Below are positions 21,637 through 34,334 of a stretch of 64,000 nt of DNA, piece by piece. The position numbers were made by a program, and so were the translations under genes. The notes beneath the pieces are model-generated. The model saw only the letters and a list, made by a program, of their open reading frames with translations. It searched no databases and was not told where the DNA came from. Source of the DNA: Rhodosorus marinus CCMP1338 (Eukaryota > Plantae > Rhodophyta); assembly GCA_029953675.1 (NCBI GenBank), contig JAMWBK010000004.1, forward strand, positions 2,480,001 to 2,544,000. Reading direction: 5' to 3'. Position 1 is the stretch's first letter, and each line of letters opens with the position of its first letter.

Positions 21637-24600
21637 TCAAGGCGAGAAGAGAGCGGCAATCTCCTTCTCGTAGGCGTTACAAACGACTGGGCGCTTGACC
21701 TTAAGTGTTTGCGTCATCATCTCATTCTCCTGAGTGAATCCTTCAAGGAGTAGCTTCCATTTGGCTACCCTCTCCTCAGGTCTGTATCCTGGCCGCTGCC
21801 GCACACGAACTGAGAGTTCGTCATCATAGTAAGACTTCAGGTCGGGATTCTGCTCCAGTTCTTCCTCGAGCCGTCTCAGCTGCTTCTGCTTTTGCGCCTC
21901 CAACATGTATTGAACCTGCTCCTGCGAACAGAAGATCAAGCGATGTCAGCTTGCGGTATCGTTGGGCTACTTGGGTTGAATTTCAACGTACTTGGTCAAC
22001 CCATCCTTTGCTATTCAGGAACTCTACGGATGGTACGATGAGTGCACCCAGGTGGCGCTCATCCTGGCCAACTAGCATTACTTGATCAATTGCCGGACTT
22101 TCCGTAATCGTTGTTTCGATAATCTCCGGTTCAACATTCTCTCCATTGCTCAGAACAATCACGTCCTTTTGCCGGCCACTGATGACGAGGTCCCCAGTGC
22201 TTGACCACCAACCAAGGTCTCCAGTATCGATATAGCCGTCTATAAAGGATTTCTCGTTCGCTTCCTACATTCGCTTGCAGAACAGGGCTTAAGAATCAGA
22301 GACGAAACCTTCTACCCTTCTTCTCAACCACCGGTGGCAACGTAACATACCTCGTTCTTATAGTAGCCCGCCGTAACTTGAGGCCCGCGTGCCAAAACCA
22401 GTCCCTGTTCCCCCCGCTCCACTTCAACACCGCTTTCGACATCCACCACCTTCACATCGCAGTTCGTAATTGGGAGACCAACTGAGCCTCGGACGTTCTG
22501 CTCAGAACTTCTATTGCAGATTACTGGAGAAGTTTCCGTCATTCCGTAGCCAACGTAAATATCCAGTCCAGCGGCCTCATAAAAGTCTTCAATATGCGAT
22601 GCCAGTGCGCCTCCACCACATATCGACCCCTTATGCCTTCCTCCAAGCCCTTCTCTGATTTTCTTCCATACCTGGAGCGCCGACGAATCCCGACCAACGC
22701 TGATCAGAAGGCAATCACACCAAAACAGAAGCAAACAGTCTGCATCCAGCTTGTTGGGGATACGAGCTTACGAGCACTTGCGCGAGCAGATCCAAAGGCG
22801 TCAACAAGACCATAACAATCAAGCCGAGCACTTTCTTCATTAGAGGCGGAGCCTCCTTCGTCTTTGCGTAGCCCAGTACAATCCGTCGAGCCAGGACACG
22901 CTTTTCTGAGTTTCCCAGGCACGTTGTCTTGGTCAGCGTAAGTCTGATACGAGAAACGGAAAAGGGAAAAGAAGCCTCCCTTCGTCCGGGGAGTACTAGC
23001 ATAGTTCATCAACATGGACGCAACAACTCACTCGAAATCCAGTAAAATAGAAAGAAGATTGCCTTCTTCAACGTGCTTTCTCTCTCCATCTTATTCATTA
23101 TGCCAGTGTAGATGACGTCGAATACTCGCGGAACGCCAACGAGGAACTCAGGCCTGCGGAAAGGTAGTACAAGTGAGTTGTTAGGTACCTCCTCGTCATG
23201 TCGACTAAAAATTAGAACGAAGTTCTGAGCTAACCTGTGCTTTCTTAAATCGTTCCGGAGGTTCTTGGTGTTTGTGAACGCTATTGCCGCCCTACGGGCA
23301 GAAAAAAAGTGCTGCCCAGTGCGCTCAAATATGTGCCAGACTGGTAAAATGCTGAGAAAGGTTTCTCCAGGACGAGGGTCCGCTGCCCCCATGCTCACGT
23401 GCTTAACCTAAATTGAGGGTTACAAACAATCACAATCAGTCCTCATCCCCAAAATCATCTAATGTCTATCCTTCCGCGGATGTGCATCCCTACCTGGTGG
23501 AGAAGATTGTCATGCGTAAGTGGAACCCCCTTCGGGTGGCCTGTAGTGCCGGAAGTATACAACATCGCGGCGAGCCCGCCCCTCTCCGCCTTGATCTCAC
23601 GAGTTTCTGGTTGTGCATTCTCCCTACCCAGCTCAGTTGCTTCTGCAAAGGTATAGCATTTAACGCCACTTTCTAAGGCCTCCTCAGGCAAATCACCCAA
23701 CAAAAGCACAACGAACTTGACCTTTCCCAGCGGCTATCGCACAATAAAACCCATGAAACAGGTCAAGTAAACATCTCTGACAGCGACCATCCAAAACCTC
23801 GCTCGTGCTTCGCTACGCACTGCGATTTTATACTCTCCCTGCCCAGGAGTAACACGACCCACCTACAGCCTGGTGCATTGCGCTTACCAAAATTTTCAGC
23901 ATCTTCCTTAGGACTCTTCGGCTCTCAACCACAAGACCAACGCTCTCACTGTGTTCATAGATGTACTTGAGCTCCTCTACAGGGGCAGTCCCACCTCTCG
24001 CCGCCGATGCGCCTCCGACGAACAGAATTCCAGCATCAGCGACAGTCGCGCGTGCACTCGACTCCGAAAAAATTGAAACCACGTCTCCTGCGACGGGCAA
24101 AACCATCCACAGATCAATGTCCGCATCTCAACTTCGAAGACAATTCTTGACATCTCGATCGAAGAAAACCAGTACATGTCTCACCTTTCTTAACGCCCAA
24201 TTCCTCCATAGCAGCTGCGAACATACAGATCTGCACATAGGCTTCTCTGTGTGTCCAGCGCACGGGATCTCCATGATGTTCGTCAATCATCGATAGTCCA
24301 TCATACTTTGCGTTTCTCTGAAAGTGCTGTGCCACACATTTCCACGAACTGCTCTCCACCGCCATCTCCATCTACTCGACAAAAAAAAATACAAAACGAA
24401 AAAACCAGAAACAAAACCCACAACATCCCTTTTTAAGACCAAAATCTCTATCAAGCAAAAACAAAAACACAACCAATCTCTGAAACAAAACACTCACAAC
24501 ATCCATAACAGGCGACTGCGGATACGTCGAGACCGACACATCCTTCTTCGCAACGCTCTTTCCATCTCCCACGCTCACCGCCACATCCTGAGCTACACTA

Positions 24601-24662
24601 CACTTCACCGCCCGCCTCCGACGAGGTCCTAACCCACTACTCAGCAAAAATCCAAATACCAT
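21637..24662 (-). CDS. Plastid-targeted long-chain acyl-CoA / acyl-ACP synthetase (AMP-binding; cyanobacterial Aas / plant AAE15-like), multi-exon
   Basis: Transit peptide MVFGFLLSSGLGPRRRRAVKCS. Motifs YTSGTTGHPKGVPLTHDNLLHQ, LSILPVWHIFER, ICGGGAL, VGYGMTETSPV, GPQVTAGYYKN, and C-terminal ENEMMTQTLKVKR. Confidence 0.9.
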
Positions 24663-27105
24663 AGCTGAAGTTTTAACCCAATACTAATAATTATTCTAAT
24701 ACCCAACTAATTCTCCACGCAAACCCTCCCCCTTCCTCCTCCCCCACGGATACGCCTCTTCACTCCTTACCAATCTTATCCTTTTACTGTATATCTCGTC
24801 ACAATGACCAAAAGCCTTAAGCACCAGATCGAAAAATATCTCGAGACGTTGACTGAGAGGCAAAAAAGCCGCCAATACTTTTTTTTTTTGGAAGGAGGGC
24901 GGGAGGGAGGCGGCCCTGGTGGTGGAGGGGCAGTTTCGCTTTTGTCAATGTCAAGATGAGTTTAAGGCTTTAAGAGTCTTGTACTCTGATTTGATTATGT
25001 TCTTCGCAAACAGTTGAAGAAGGAGTTGGGTTTGGTTCTTGTATCTTCTTCTACAGTTGCGTTTTGGATGGAGACGTTTGTGATCGTCCTATTGGCCCCG
25101 GAGGCTTTTTCTTGGGGTGTATCCATTTTGTGTTCGTGCTGGTTCGTTCCCTCGCGAGGGAAGGGGAGGAGTGGAGGGGTGTGGATGGGGTGGGTCGTCT
25201 ACGGGTTATAGTTTTTGGGTTGTGTGATTTCATGTGGTCTTGTTGAGAGCTTTTGCAGTAGTGGACAATGTGCTGGGGGGGGAAGTGTTTGGGTTTTTTG
25301 TTGTTTGTTTGGCGGGTGTGTGAATGGTTTTGCACCAGGGGGAAGGAATAGTGTTGCGTTGAAAGGAAATGGGAGGGTTGGATGTGGGATATCAGGGAGG
25401 CTAGTTTTGGGGGGGAGGGGTTGGTTATAAAAGGTCTGTGTGTCGATCGTACAATTCATACTGTTGAGTACCATCGTCACGCTTAGCCGTCTCCTTTGGC
25501 ATGGCGTGTTGGTATCGACTGGAAAACTCGGGCCGCTCACGCATAGCCGGTAAGCTAAATTCACAAAACCTTTTAACTCCAGGGATTCAGAGCCGTCCGT
25601 GGTCGGCCAACCACGGCAGCCTCTCCCGTCGCATTCCACATCGTAATCTCAACAATGCAAAAAAAACAAAATCGAACAACCCAAAAAAAAATTAAGAGGA
25701 GAAGCGCAAATTTCGAGTCGATAAGAAGTAAGAAAGTCCTCTCTCGTCCTAGAAAGCTTCAAACGCTTCCTTCTCCACCTCTTGCCGGGACCTCCTTCAC
25801 CCACCCACACACTCCCCCCCCAACAAACTCCTACCCTGCCGAGAACTTTTCCCATTCAAAAAAATCTCCGCGCGGCATGTCGCAAAAATATGTATAATAC
25901 ATAATACGTGTATCTCACAAAATCCCAACGAATTCCTTTAGCCATTTAGAACCCCTTTACATGTTCCAAACAAATTCGTTCTTTAATAGTTTTCTTAGGT
26001 TTTGGTAGAACTGCTATAAAATTTGTTGTTTATGGGTAAGGGGTTTGAACTGATTAAGAACCAATATGACATTGATGCGTGATAATTATGAACGATTTAA
26101 ACCAATTTTGTGAAAAAAAGGAGTGAAAAAAGCTTGAATATGCAGATATTCTTCTATTTTAGATCTGATTAGTTCATAAAAATGGTGGATATGGTTGGGC
26201 AACTGCAATGGAGAGAAGGGCTCGGTCTGAGAGTCGAGCCTTGACGAGGATTCGTAGTTAGGATGCTCTCAATCAGACAATTGCCCAATGGAGCGCGTTC
26301 AGATCTATTGTATTAACGGGTGTTCCGCTTGCAATTTGCTGGACTTTTCACGGTCTGCGCTCTCGGCAAAGCCTCTGTGATTTTGGCGGGTTCATCTGAG
26401 TCCACAGTAACCAAACGACTAACTAGAAATCGCAGTCCCTCTTGAGGCTGATGATGTGGTCGAATAGTCAATAGCATTTAACTCAAGGGGGATTCCGGTT
26501 CTTCACAATCTCTCCGTGCAAAGCCGAACTTCCCCTAGGTGTCACGAACGCTCGGCTGACAGTGCTAAGTTCAAAGCCCAACAAGCGTTGACTGAAAGCT
26601 TCCCTTCAGGTTGCCGACGTGTTGGATAGGGGAGCCTACATTCAATGATCTATACCGAAAAGGTGGTCATCGTTGGAAGCGCCTGAATCCAGCAAACACT
26701 AAATTTGGTGAAAGTCTTTATCTGAACATCGCGGTAGTCAACAGCAGGGGAGCGCAGCTCTGATAAGTACGCCTTCATTCTAATTAGAAGGCTTTATAGA
26801 GCGTAGTATAAACAACCAGTCAGACACGGAAGCCTGAATCCATCTACAACAGTCTCTTTCTGTGCGTGTTTAAACGGTTTCCATTCCCTCGTGGACAGAG
26901 CGTTAGCATTGTATTTCCGAAGAAAAAGTCTCTCTTATTATTAGGGTTTTGATGGACGTTGATGTGGGATGGATGGAAGGGTGGAAAGGCAGGTTGGGGA
27001 GGCGATTGGATTGATGTGAAGGAATATTGCGGAGAAAAGTGTTCGAAGAGGGACAGCTGAGTTTTGGCTTGACATTAATCCCCGGTGCAGAGGAATTCGG
27101 GGGAA

Positions 27106-28330
27106 ATGTCGTCGGAAGAAACGCAGTTTGCAAGCGTTCATCGGGTGAATCAGCTGGATGCAGTCCGGCTCGATGAAGAACTAATAGAGCTGTTCAGGTC
27201 TCAAATGTTTTCCTCTGTGAGACTACTCAAGGTTTGAGATCATATTCTGCCAAATTTCGATTCTTGGTTTCTTCCTCTGGCGAGTCCTGGCTTGGCTTTC
27301 TGTTTTGCTCTTGTGTGAAGACCGATCTCAAAGACGCTCAACGTCTGTTTTCTCTAAATCTAGAGTTCCACTGTGGAGGCACTGCACCCAGAGCTTACTG
27401 CACTGCTGAGGCTGGTTTATTTTGGATTCACCGTCATGAGAGATATTCCATCACCTGGTAACCAATACCAAAACTTGAGATACAGGGACGGTTCAAGCAG
27501 CACTCAGAGGTTGGTTCTGCGCTTAAACTGTTTCGTAGAGAATGATAGTAACGAACGCCTCTTCCTCTCGGGTCTTTTAAAAGGCACCTTCGCATTTTTC
27601 AGAAGCTTGGACTCGGACTTTGCTGTGTCCTCGTGCGATATGCATGGCAGAGACTCGATCGAGTAGCTTCAGAGCGCAGGTGGGCTGATGCGGAGCCGGG
27701 AAGTCTGCAGAAACTCTTGTGGCGGGCTATGAGGGTTACAGAAAAGTCGTATAGCGTTCTATCAACTCTTAACTTTTTGATTTTCATATGGAGAGGGGTT
27801 TTTCGTACCCTCGAGGACAGACTAATGAATGCCAGGTTGGACTACATCAAGCCCAACGCGATCCGAACTGTGAGTGAGCTGAATCCGTTTTCGACGTTGA
27901 AGGTCTGAGCTTGTCTTCTAATTTATGCAGCTCTTCCTCTTGTTGTTTTGTATTTCTGTTATGTACATAGGTTACTTTCGAATTTCTGAACCGCCAACTT
28001 GTATGGGAGGGGTTCACGGACTTTGTACTCTTTATGGCGCCACTCCTTCGCTCGAGCAGATGGCTTGGTATTCTCCGCGCAAAGGCGGCATCCGCTCTCG
28101 GTATCCTATCCGGTGGGAGAGATGTTCCTAGGGAGGCAATGCAATCAGTTGAAGATGTTTCGTCGTGCAAGATTTGTCAAAAGTCGACGCTGATGATGCC
28201 TCACTTCGCTTTGCCGTGCAATCACCGGTTCTGCTACGCATGTATCACTTCAAAGATCGAGACTGAGGCCTCCTATCGGTGTCCAATCTGTGCCACAGTC
28301 GTCGAGGACGTGGTTCGAGACCGCTACTAG
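27106..28330 (+). CDS. PEX2: Peroxisomal RING E3 ligase PEX2
   Basis: HRVNQLDAVRLDEEL; HPELTALLRL..PSPGNQYQNLRY; LNFLIFIWRG.FRTL..RL; FEFLNRQLVWEGFTDF (after an intron); C-terminal RING CKIC..LPCNHRFCYACI..CPIC. Confidence 0.93.
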
Positions 28331-28362
28331 AAAATTTGTTAATACACCGCATAACTGTGAGC

Positions 28363-29607
28363 TCATTCTTCGTCTACGTCGTTCTCAGCGGGTTCATCTT
28401 TGACCAAACCGAGTCGAACTAGTTGAGTTTGTATGAAAGGGGCCGTTCCAACTGCGAGCGCAAAGCGAGCTGGCTTGGTAACTTGAGATCCTGTCCATAT
28501 CATAACCCACGCTGAAGCCATCGATTTGCTGGTAAGCTCCTGTTTCTAAAGGATGAAGAAAAGACGGGAAAACAAATTAGCGAGGGCGTTCGACATCACG
28601 GAGCAGGCAACTTTTGGGATTGCGTTACATTGAGAGATGATAGCACGACAACGAACACGATCGAGTAGTACAGAATGTTCATGATTCCATAGGCTATCAG
28701 CCCGGCCAATCCATAAGTCTTTAGCGAGTTTTGGTGCGCTGATACTCGTTTGCTGATGGTCAGCATGATAGGAGATTTTCTCTGAGCGTATGCCTGCCGG
28801 AACGGCAAGCAATCGTGTTAGGAAAGTCTGCGGAATCCCTGTTCCAGCTGGGGGCAAAGTGAAAGTTACTGGTTTCTTGCATTCTTGCGACTCACAAATC
28901 CACATAACAATCCAATAACTTGAGGGAGTATTAAAGTCGCTAGTGCAGTTCTGGTCCATCCATTTTCCAGGCCTGCGCATAGAATAGCTGTGGGAGATGG
29001 AACGAAATGTGAACGTTGTTAGCTCATGGTTTCGATATCCTGAACAGCACTTTTTTGGTGGTTGGCGGTATTGTTTCCCACCTGCGGAGCTTGGAAAATA
29101 ATGTGGGAAGAAAGCTGTCAGCGCCAAAATCGCCGACGGGAGATTGCGGTTCGAGCTTGGTCTGCCCAGTGTGATACCGCACACGATCATGGTCAGAAGG
29201 CTGCAGTAGACGACGGTTTTCAATGTATACGTCGGAGGGAAAATGGGAGTAAGACCGTAATTGCATATAGCTGTCGCCGCAATAAACTGAGCAGCAATCC
29301 GAAGTAAGGCTTCACGTCTCGAAGGCATCGCCAAGTCTGCAGTAACGTAAGCTGAACTAACACCAGGCAAGATGTGTGCCTTCGTAACTGCGCTGCTCCC
29401 AAACATTAATAACCCAGCAAGAATATTCGGTCCTGAAACACTCCCTGTCGCTACTGCCATATATCCAACGGAACCCACAAACTCCAATCCTACCCTAATC
29501 CCTTCTCTCTTGACTGACCGCGAACTCATCAAGACTCTTCTGCGGTCTCCAGAACATCGCCTTCGTTCCCTCAGAGACCCGGGAAACAAGCCTACGAACC
29601 CCAACAT
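28363..29607 (-). CDS. Plastid-targeted multi-pass membrane protein of unknown function (about 5 exons)
   Basis: Starts MLGFVGLFPGSLRERRRC. Spliced at GT-AG sites, it gives several hydrophobic helices, then YGLAGLIAYGIMNILYYSIVF..SAWVMIWTGSQVTKPARFALAVGTAPF, which I recall as resembling a small conserved plant/algal chloroplast membrane family (unverified). Confidence 0.65.
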
Positions 29608-29849
29608 AACTTAGTCGATCCTCCGAACACGCTGTCTTTCAATCGATCAATAACCAGTTCAACTGGATCTACATTCAGTAGCTAAACCTACAAAGGCGTG
29701 CCAACGCTCTTGCGGCTCAGATTCCTAAGCATCGACGTTTCAATCTGGCTCCACTTTACCACAATAGTCCAAAGCCAGTTCCCTCTCTTGCACCAAAGAT
29801 CAATCTCCAGATCACCCAAATCTAAATCCGGCAAACCCCCATCATCGTC

Positions 29850-30500
29850 AGTGCTCTATCAGATTTCAAAGGCTTCAGTCACTCAGAACATCGAGCTGAC
29901 AATCCGCCTCTTCATTGAGCGGTCGACATTCAGCATCCAAATCTCCGAAAGCACAGTGCTTCAACCACAAGCCCGAGGCTTGCTGGTACCCCGGCTCAAT
30001 AAATTCTAAAGCACAAGTGACGAGATTTTTCATTCGCTAAGGCTTGATCGCATCCAGTAGAGGATTCCCGTGACTGTATCAAAGCTTGTAAACATTCTGA
30101 CTGAAGTGCGCTAATGTAACCAGTACGTGTGACCTCGTGAGGTACATATAGGCGCTCGCTGCAAGATTAGAAAAGTCAATGGATCGCGTGGAGATGCACC
30201 TGGGTGTCTCCTAAGCGTTGATCGGTTCTGATCTACCCAGCGTTGGTGTTTTGAAGCGCGTTTAAGTTTGCAACCCAGGCATAAGGTCGGGTCCAGTAAG
30301 AAGCCCGGAAAGTCTTCTGAAGCTGGTACAAGGCAAGTCCGACTACTCCGCGCTTTGATCCATTCACACACTGGTCTTCAGAGCTTTACAACGGGACGGA
30401 TGGAAAATCAACTTCGTGGTTACTTACGAAGCCAGGCGCATGGATTCCAGGACACAGGTCGGCATCGCTCAGATCCAAACTAGCGAGCATGGCCCGTTTT
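29850..30500 (-). CDS. Possible small spliced hypothetical gene
   Basis: Minus-strand GTAAGT donor and CTAAT..GCAG acceptor sites join open frames (MLASLDLSDADLCPGIHAPGF|CVNGSKRGVVGLAL..|ERLYVPHEV..). No family recognised. Confidence 0.25.
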
Positions 30501-30648
30501 GCACTACCAACAATGCTCCTTCTTACTTCACTGTCGCAGTCAGCCGCGTGCGTGTGAGTCTCTCTTAGTCTTTCGTTTTGCTGAGAAGGAAAATGTTGTC
30601 TTGGGTTCATTATTTATCTAGAGCACGCGGGAACCTTTTCCTGGACCT

Positions 30649-31837
30649 CTAATTGAACAACATTCTCGATCGGCCAACTGCAACGAGGGGATTAACAAGC
30701 ACTACTGACAGGAAGTGCGAGACGACGCCCAAGAGAATTGAGACCGGCAACGCGGGTAACGGTTTTCTGCCCCGCAAGGCGATCATCAGAGTGACAATGA
30801 GGCCTATGCGCACACACAGCTTAATATTAGAACATCGCGAGTTTCGATTTGGGTGCGACGAACAACGCTCGGATTATCTGTTGAGAGCCTATCTTACCGG
30901 CAAGAATTGCCGTAAACGAGACAACGACCGGCACTACGCCTGCTATGGAACTGCGTATTACCAGGATGGAGTAGAAGATGAAGTCTCCAAGGCCGAGCTG
31001 AAGGTGTCTCCGCTCCTCAGCCGCCTCTTCCTCCGTTTCTTCGGGGATGATCTCATCAGTACTGGGCTCGGGCTCAATTGCAATGAGACTGGATGCTTCT
31101 GAATCCGATGCGTCTGCTGCGACAGTCCGGGATGACGCAGCTTGGGCTGGGGTGACGGGCTTTGGCGCTCGAGGGGTCTCTCGATAGGGGCTTGTATCGT
31201 ACACGAGAGCGGGAAGTTTCTCTTTCCGAGATTTTGCTATCTCAACGATCTGACGCAGTGGACCAGAAGGGCTTAAAACGGCGTACAAGTCCCATACCAC
31301 AAACGCTATAAGTATAATCCAAATAGTCCATCCAGCAACTCCAGCAATCACGTTGCTAACGATCGCGCTTATGACTATCAAGTATCCCTGGTTTACGAAC
31401 CGAGGCGCATGATAGAACACTGCGACAACCCCGCCGACAGTGAAGTTCCAGAGGACAAAGTGGAAAGTTATTGCGTCCGCGTACATAAGAAATCTGTGGG
31501 TCTGAAACCACAGCAGCAGAGTTCGACCACCCGCCTCTCCGAGAGTCAGTGCGACCGACAGAGCCATCCAATACCTAATCAGATTCGATCGTCCTCGAGC
31601 ATACAGCCGAACCAAACAGTACGTTGATAAAACCGTGAAGAACACGAACGAAGCGATCAGAGCAATTGAAGCCGTCAGATCTGGTGGTCCTTGCTCTAGA
31701 CTTTGGAACGCGGTCCGACCACCCCGCGAATGACTACCAGCCTCCGGTGGGTAAACGCTCCAGTGAAGGTACAAAGCCAGACCCATGCATATCACAACAG
31801 GGTAAATTACTCTTGTCAGTTGCTCAGGTTCAAGCAT
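30649..31837 (-). CDS. PSEN: Presenilin (gamma-secretase catalytic subunit, peptidase A22A)
   Basis: TM6 aspartate in VVWDLYAVLSPSGPLR, TM7 LGLGDFIFYS, and after an intron a C-terminal exon with KPLPALPVSI (PALP). NFTVGGVVAVFY, QGYLIVIS and KLPALVY are also typical. Confidence 0.93.
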
Positions 31838-34334
31838 CGCATGATAAGGTCCATGAACCCGCCTGCACTCCAGGCGACGATTCTCACCAGGAACAGATTA
31901 CAACCCTAGTCCTGCCCCCGGTCTATGATTTTCGCCCTCCACAATTCACTTCCATCCATTGTATCCGTCTACATATGACCTGACTCTTACTTCACACATA
32001 TCAAAATCTCGTACAATCCGCAGAATACCTCGCAGAGCAGTTCCAAAGCTCTCTGCGCAATGCACTTGACCCTTTGGCTATGATTAGACGGTTCTCAGCG
32101 AGCTCCATTGCGGTGTAATCAGACCACTTGATGCTCTTTAGACCTTTCACTCGCACCTGTGCGTTGATAGCATTTCTCCAACAACGTTTTGCAAGGATCG
32201 GCCTTGCATGCGTTCCAATCGCGTTGATGGAGTGTCTCTTTGTTTAGCATTTGCTCGTTTCGTCTGGATGGCCGAATGTCAGGCGGTGGGGTGCGGTCCT
32301 AATCTTTCCAACACTAGATTCGAGAGACTTGGAAGAGGTGTAGAAAACAATCTCTGATCTGGTCGGAGTGTTGTGCAAGTCCCGTGCACTGCTTACAAGG
32401 GTCTCTTCGCGGACGTTTCCTGGGGTTTGTGCTGGAATTTGATTGCTCCTCTTCTACTACCACAATCTGGTTTTGGAGATATTTGCAGTCGTGCTAGCTA
32501 GGGTCCTTGGCATATGACTCAGAAACTTACAGACAGAAAATTATCTTATCCGATAGCCGATTCACCGGCCTCGGGGGCAGACCTGGATCATCGTTGACTT
32601 CCGCGCCGTGCCCCGCAGTTCCCTCGCAGAACAGCCCAGCGATCCGTTCGCTAGTGCGATCCCAATTCGACCACAAGTCAAAACCCTCCAGTGCTGAAAA
32701 ACTTCAAAACTATCAACGTGCAAACGACTATACTCAGATCGATGTACATCCTCTGGAATCCGGAACCGGAACAGGCTTCTTCCACGCCTCTACAGAATAC
32801 AGCCCCGCACTCTCAGCCCCAAAGTCAGAAAAGTCGAGCTATGCAGTGTGCCCGAGCCGGACTCTGGTCGGAAATCACAGATTCCACTATGAAATTTTAC
32901 TGAGCATGATACCTCCCTTACGAATTTTACAAAACGCGATACCTTTTTCAATAAATACATCGAAAATATGAGTAAACATGAATTCACTGTTTTGCTTTAC
33001 CCCCTCAACGATGAAATCATCCGTTTCTGACCCGTGAAGAGGGGATTTAATTTTTTTATTGGGGGGGGGGGATCCACCATAAGAATGCAAGTATTTCTCA
33101 TTAATAAATACAGGTCCATAAAATTTCCGTGCTTATTCCCAGGGGGTAGACAAGTTCCCCTTAACCCCACGAATATTTGAACCGTGTTGTTTTCGAAAAG
33201 AATTCTCATATCACCAATTTATCAATAAAAAAACATATCAGAAATTTCCAACTTGAAAACCCCTTAAAAACAAAACCCTCCGGCGGTCGCCTCCAGTCCT
33301 ACACCCCCCCTTCTTTTTTCCCTAGCTCCTCTCATCCCCCCCCTCCGCTTCAGCAAAAGTCTCATTTTTACCAAAATACGCACTTGGCCACATGTAGCAA
33401 TCGACTAATCGTATCTCCATGCAAGAGCCTCGGAGGGGGGGAAGACAAAATCTGACACGCAATGTGTCCCCACCCATTTTCAGCTTTTTCTGTTAATACT
33501 TAGTGGGCAACACCATTGGCCAAAGAATTGCATGAAAGCGTCATCTGTCGACAACAATCAATATTATATTGACTGATCTTATCATCGTTTATATTAAATA
33601 CCAAAACATATCAATCTTTTATAATGACTGAATTTTGGATGACACTTGAACGTCTGTGTGAAAACCCTGTGCTAACTTCGTGCCGGGAAGGGAAGGGATG
33701 GCAGAGCGACACCACAACCTCTTTTCTAGTTTTCCTCTAAGAAGAACGTCAGGTGTGGTGAAATCTGACTGTTTTCGTATTTTGGGTTTGTTTTTATTAT
33801 TATTGTTAATATTATGTAGGAAACTTAGAGGGAAGGCCTTTTTTGTATTGCGCTTGCTTGTGTGGGTTGTCGGAATTTCCAGAAAGAGACAACGACGTAT
33901 TGTCGATGGGTGGGACCTGGTTTGCATGCTTTTAAGAGGCTTCGCATCGTAGATTATCTCTTAGTTTGTTCCTTTGGCTTTTCTGGTGTTGGGTGGGGTG
34001 AGGCGGGAGGGGGAAGGGGGAGGGGGGTTGCAGAGTAGGATTTTCTGGTGATTTGATTTGGGAACGTTTGTTGTCGTTTGTGGATGTGGGAAGCGGGTGG
34101 AGAGAGGAACTGGGATTTCATGAGGTTCCTCGCTGAGGGACATGTGAGTTCTTTGGGTGATTTCTTTGCTATTTGAGGGGTGTGACTACGTTGGTTTGTT
34201 GAGGGGAGGATTTGAGCTTTTGTACTCACAACCATCCTTTTCTTCGCTTAGTAGTGGGGCTGTGGTCTGTGCTTGTGAGTTTTTTTTGGAGTTTGGGTGT
34301 CGGGCTTCGGACCGACGAGGGAGGTTTAGCAATC

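Noticed and set aside
21429-21753. + strand ORFs that could extend the repeat protein or form a new gene
   Set aside because: They overlap the 3' end of the acyl-CoA synthetase antisense and lack motifs, and the repeat gene already has an in-frame stop at 21426.
28546-29607. Single 353-aa ORF as listed in the track
   Set aside because: It reads through real introns into wrong frames. The spliced model recovers the conserved-looking C-terminal domain.
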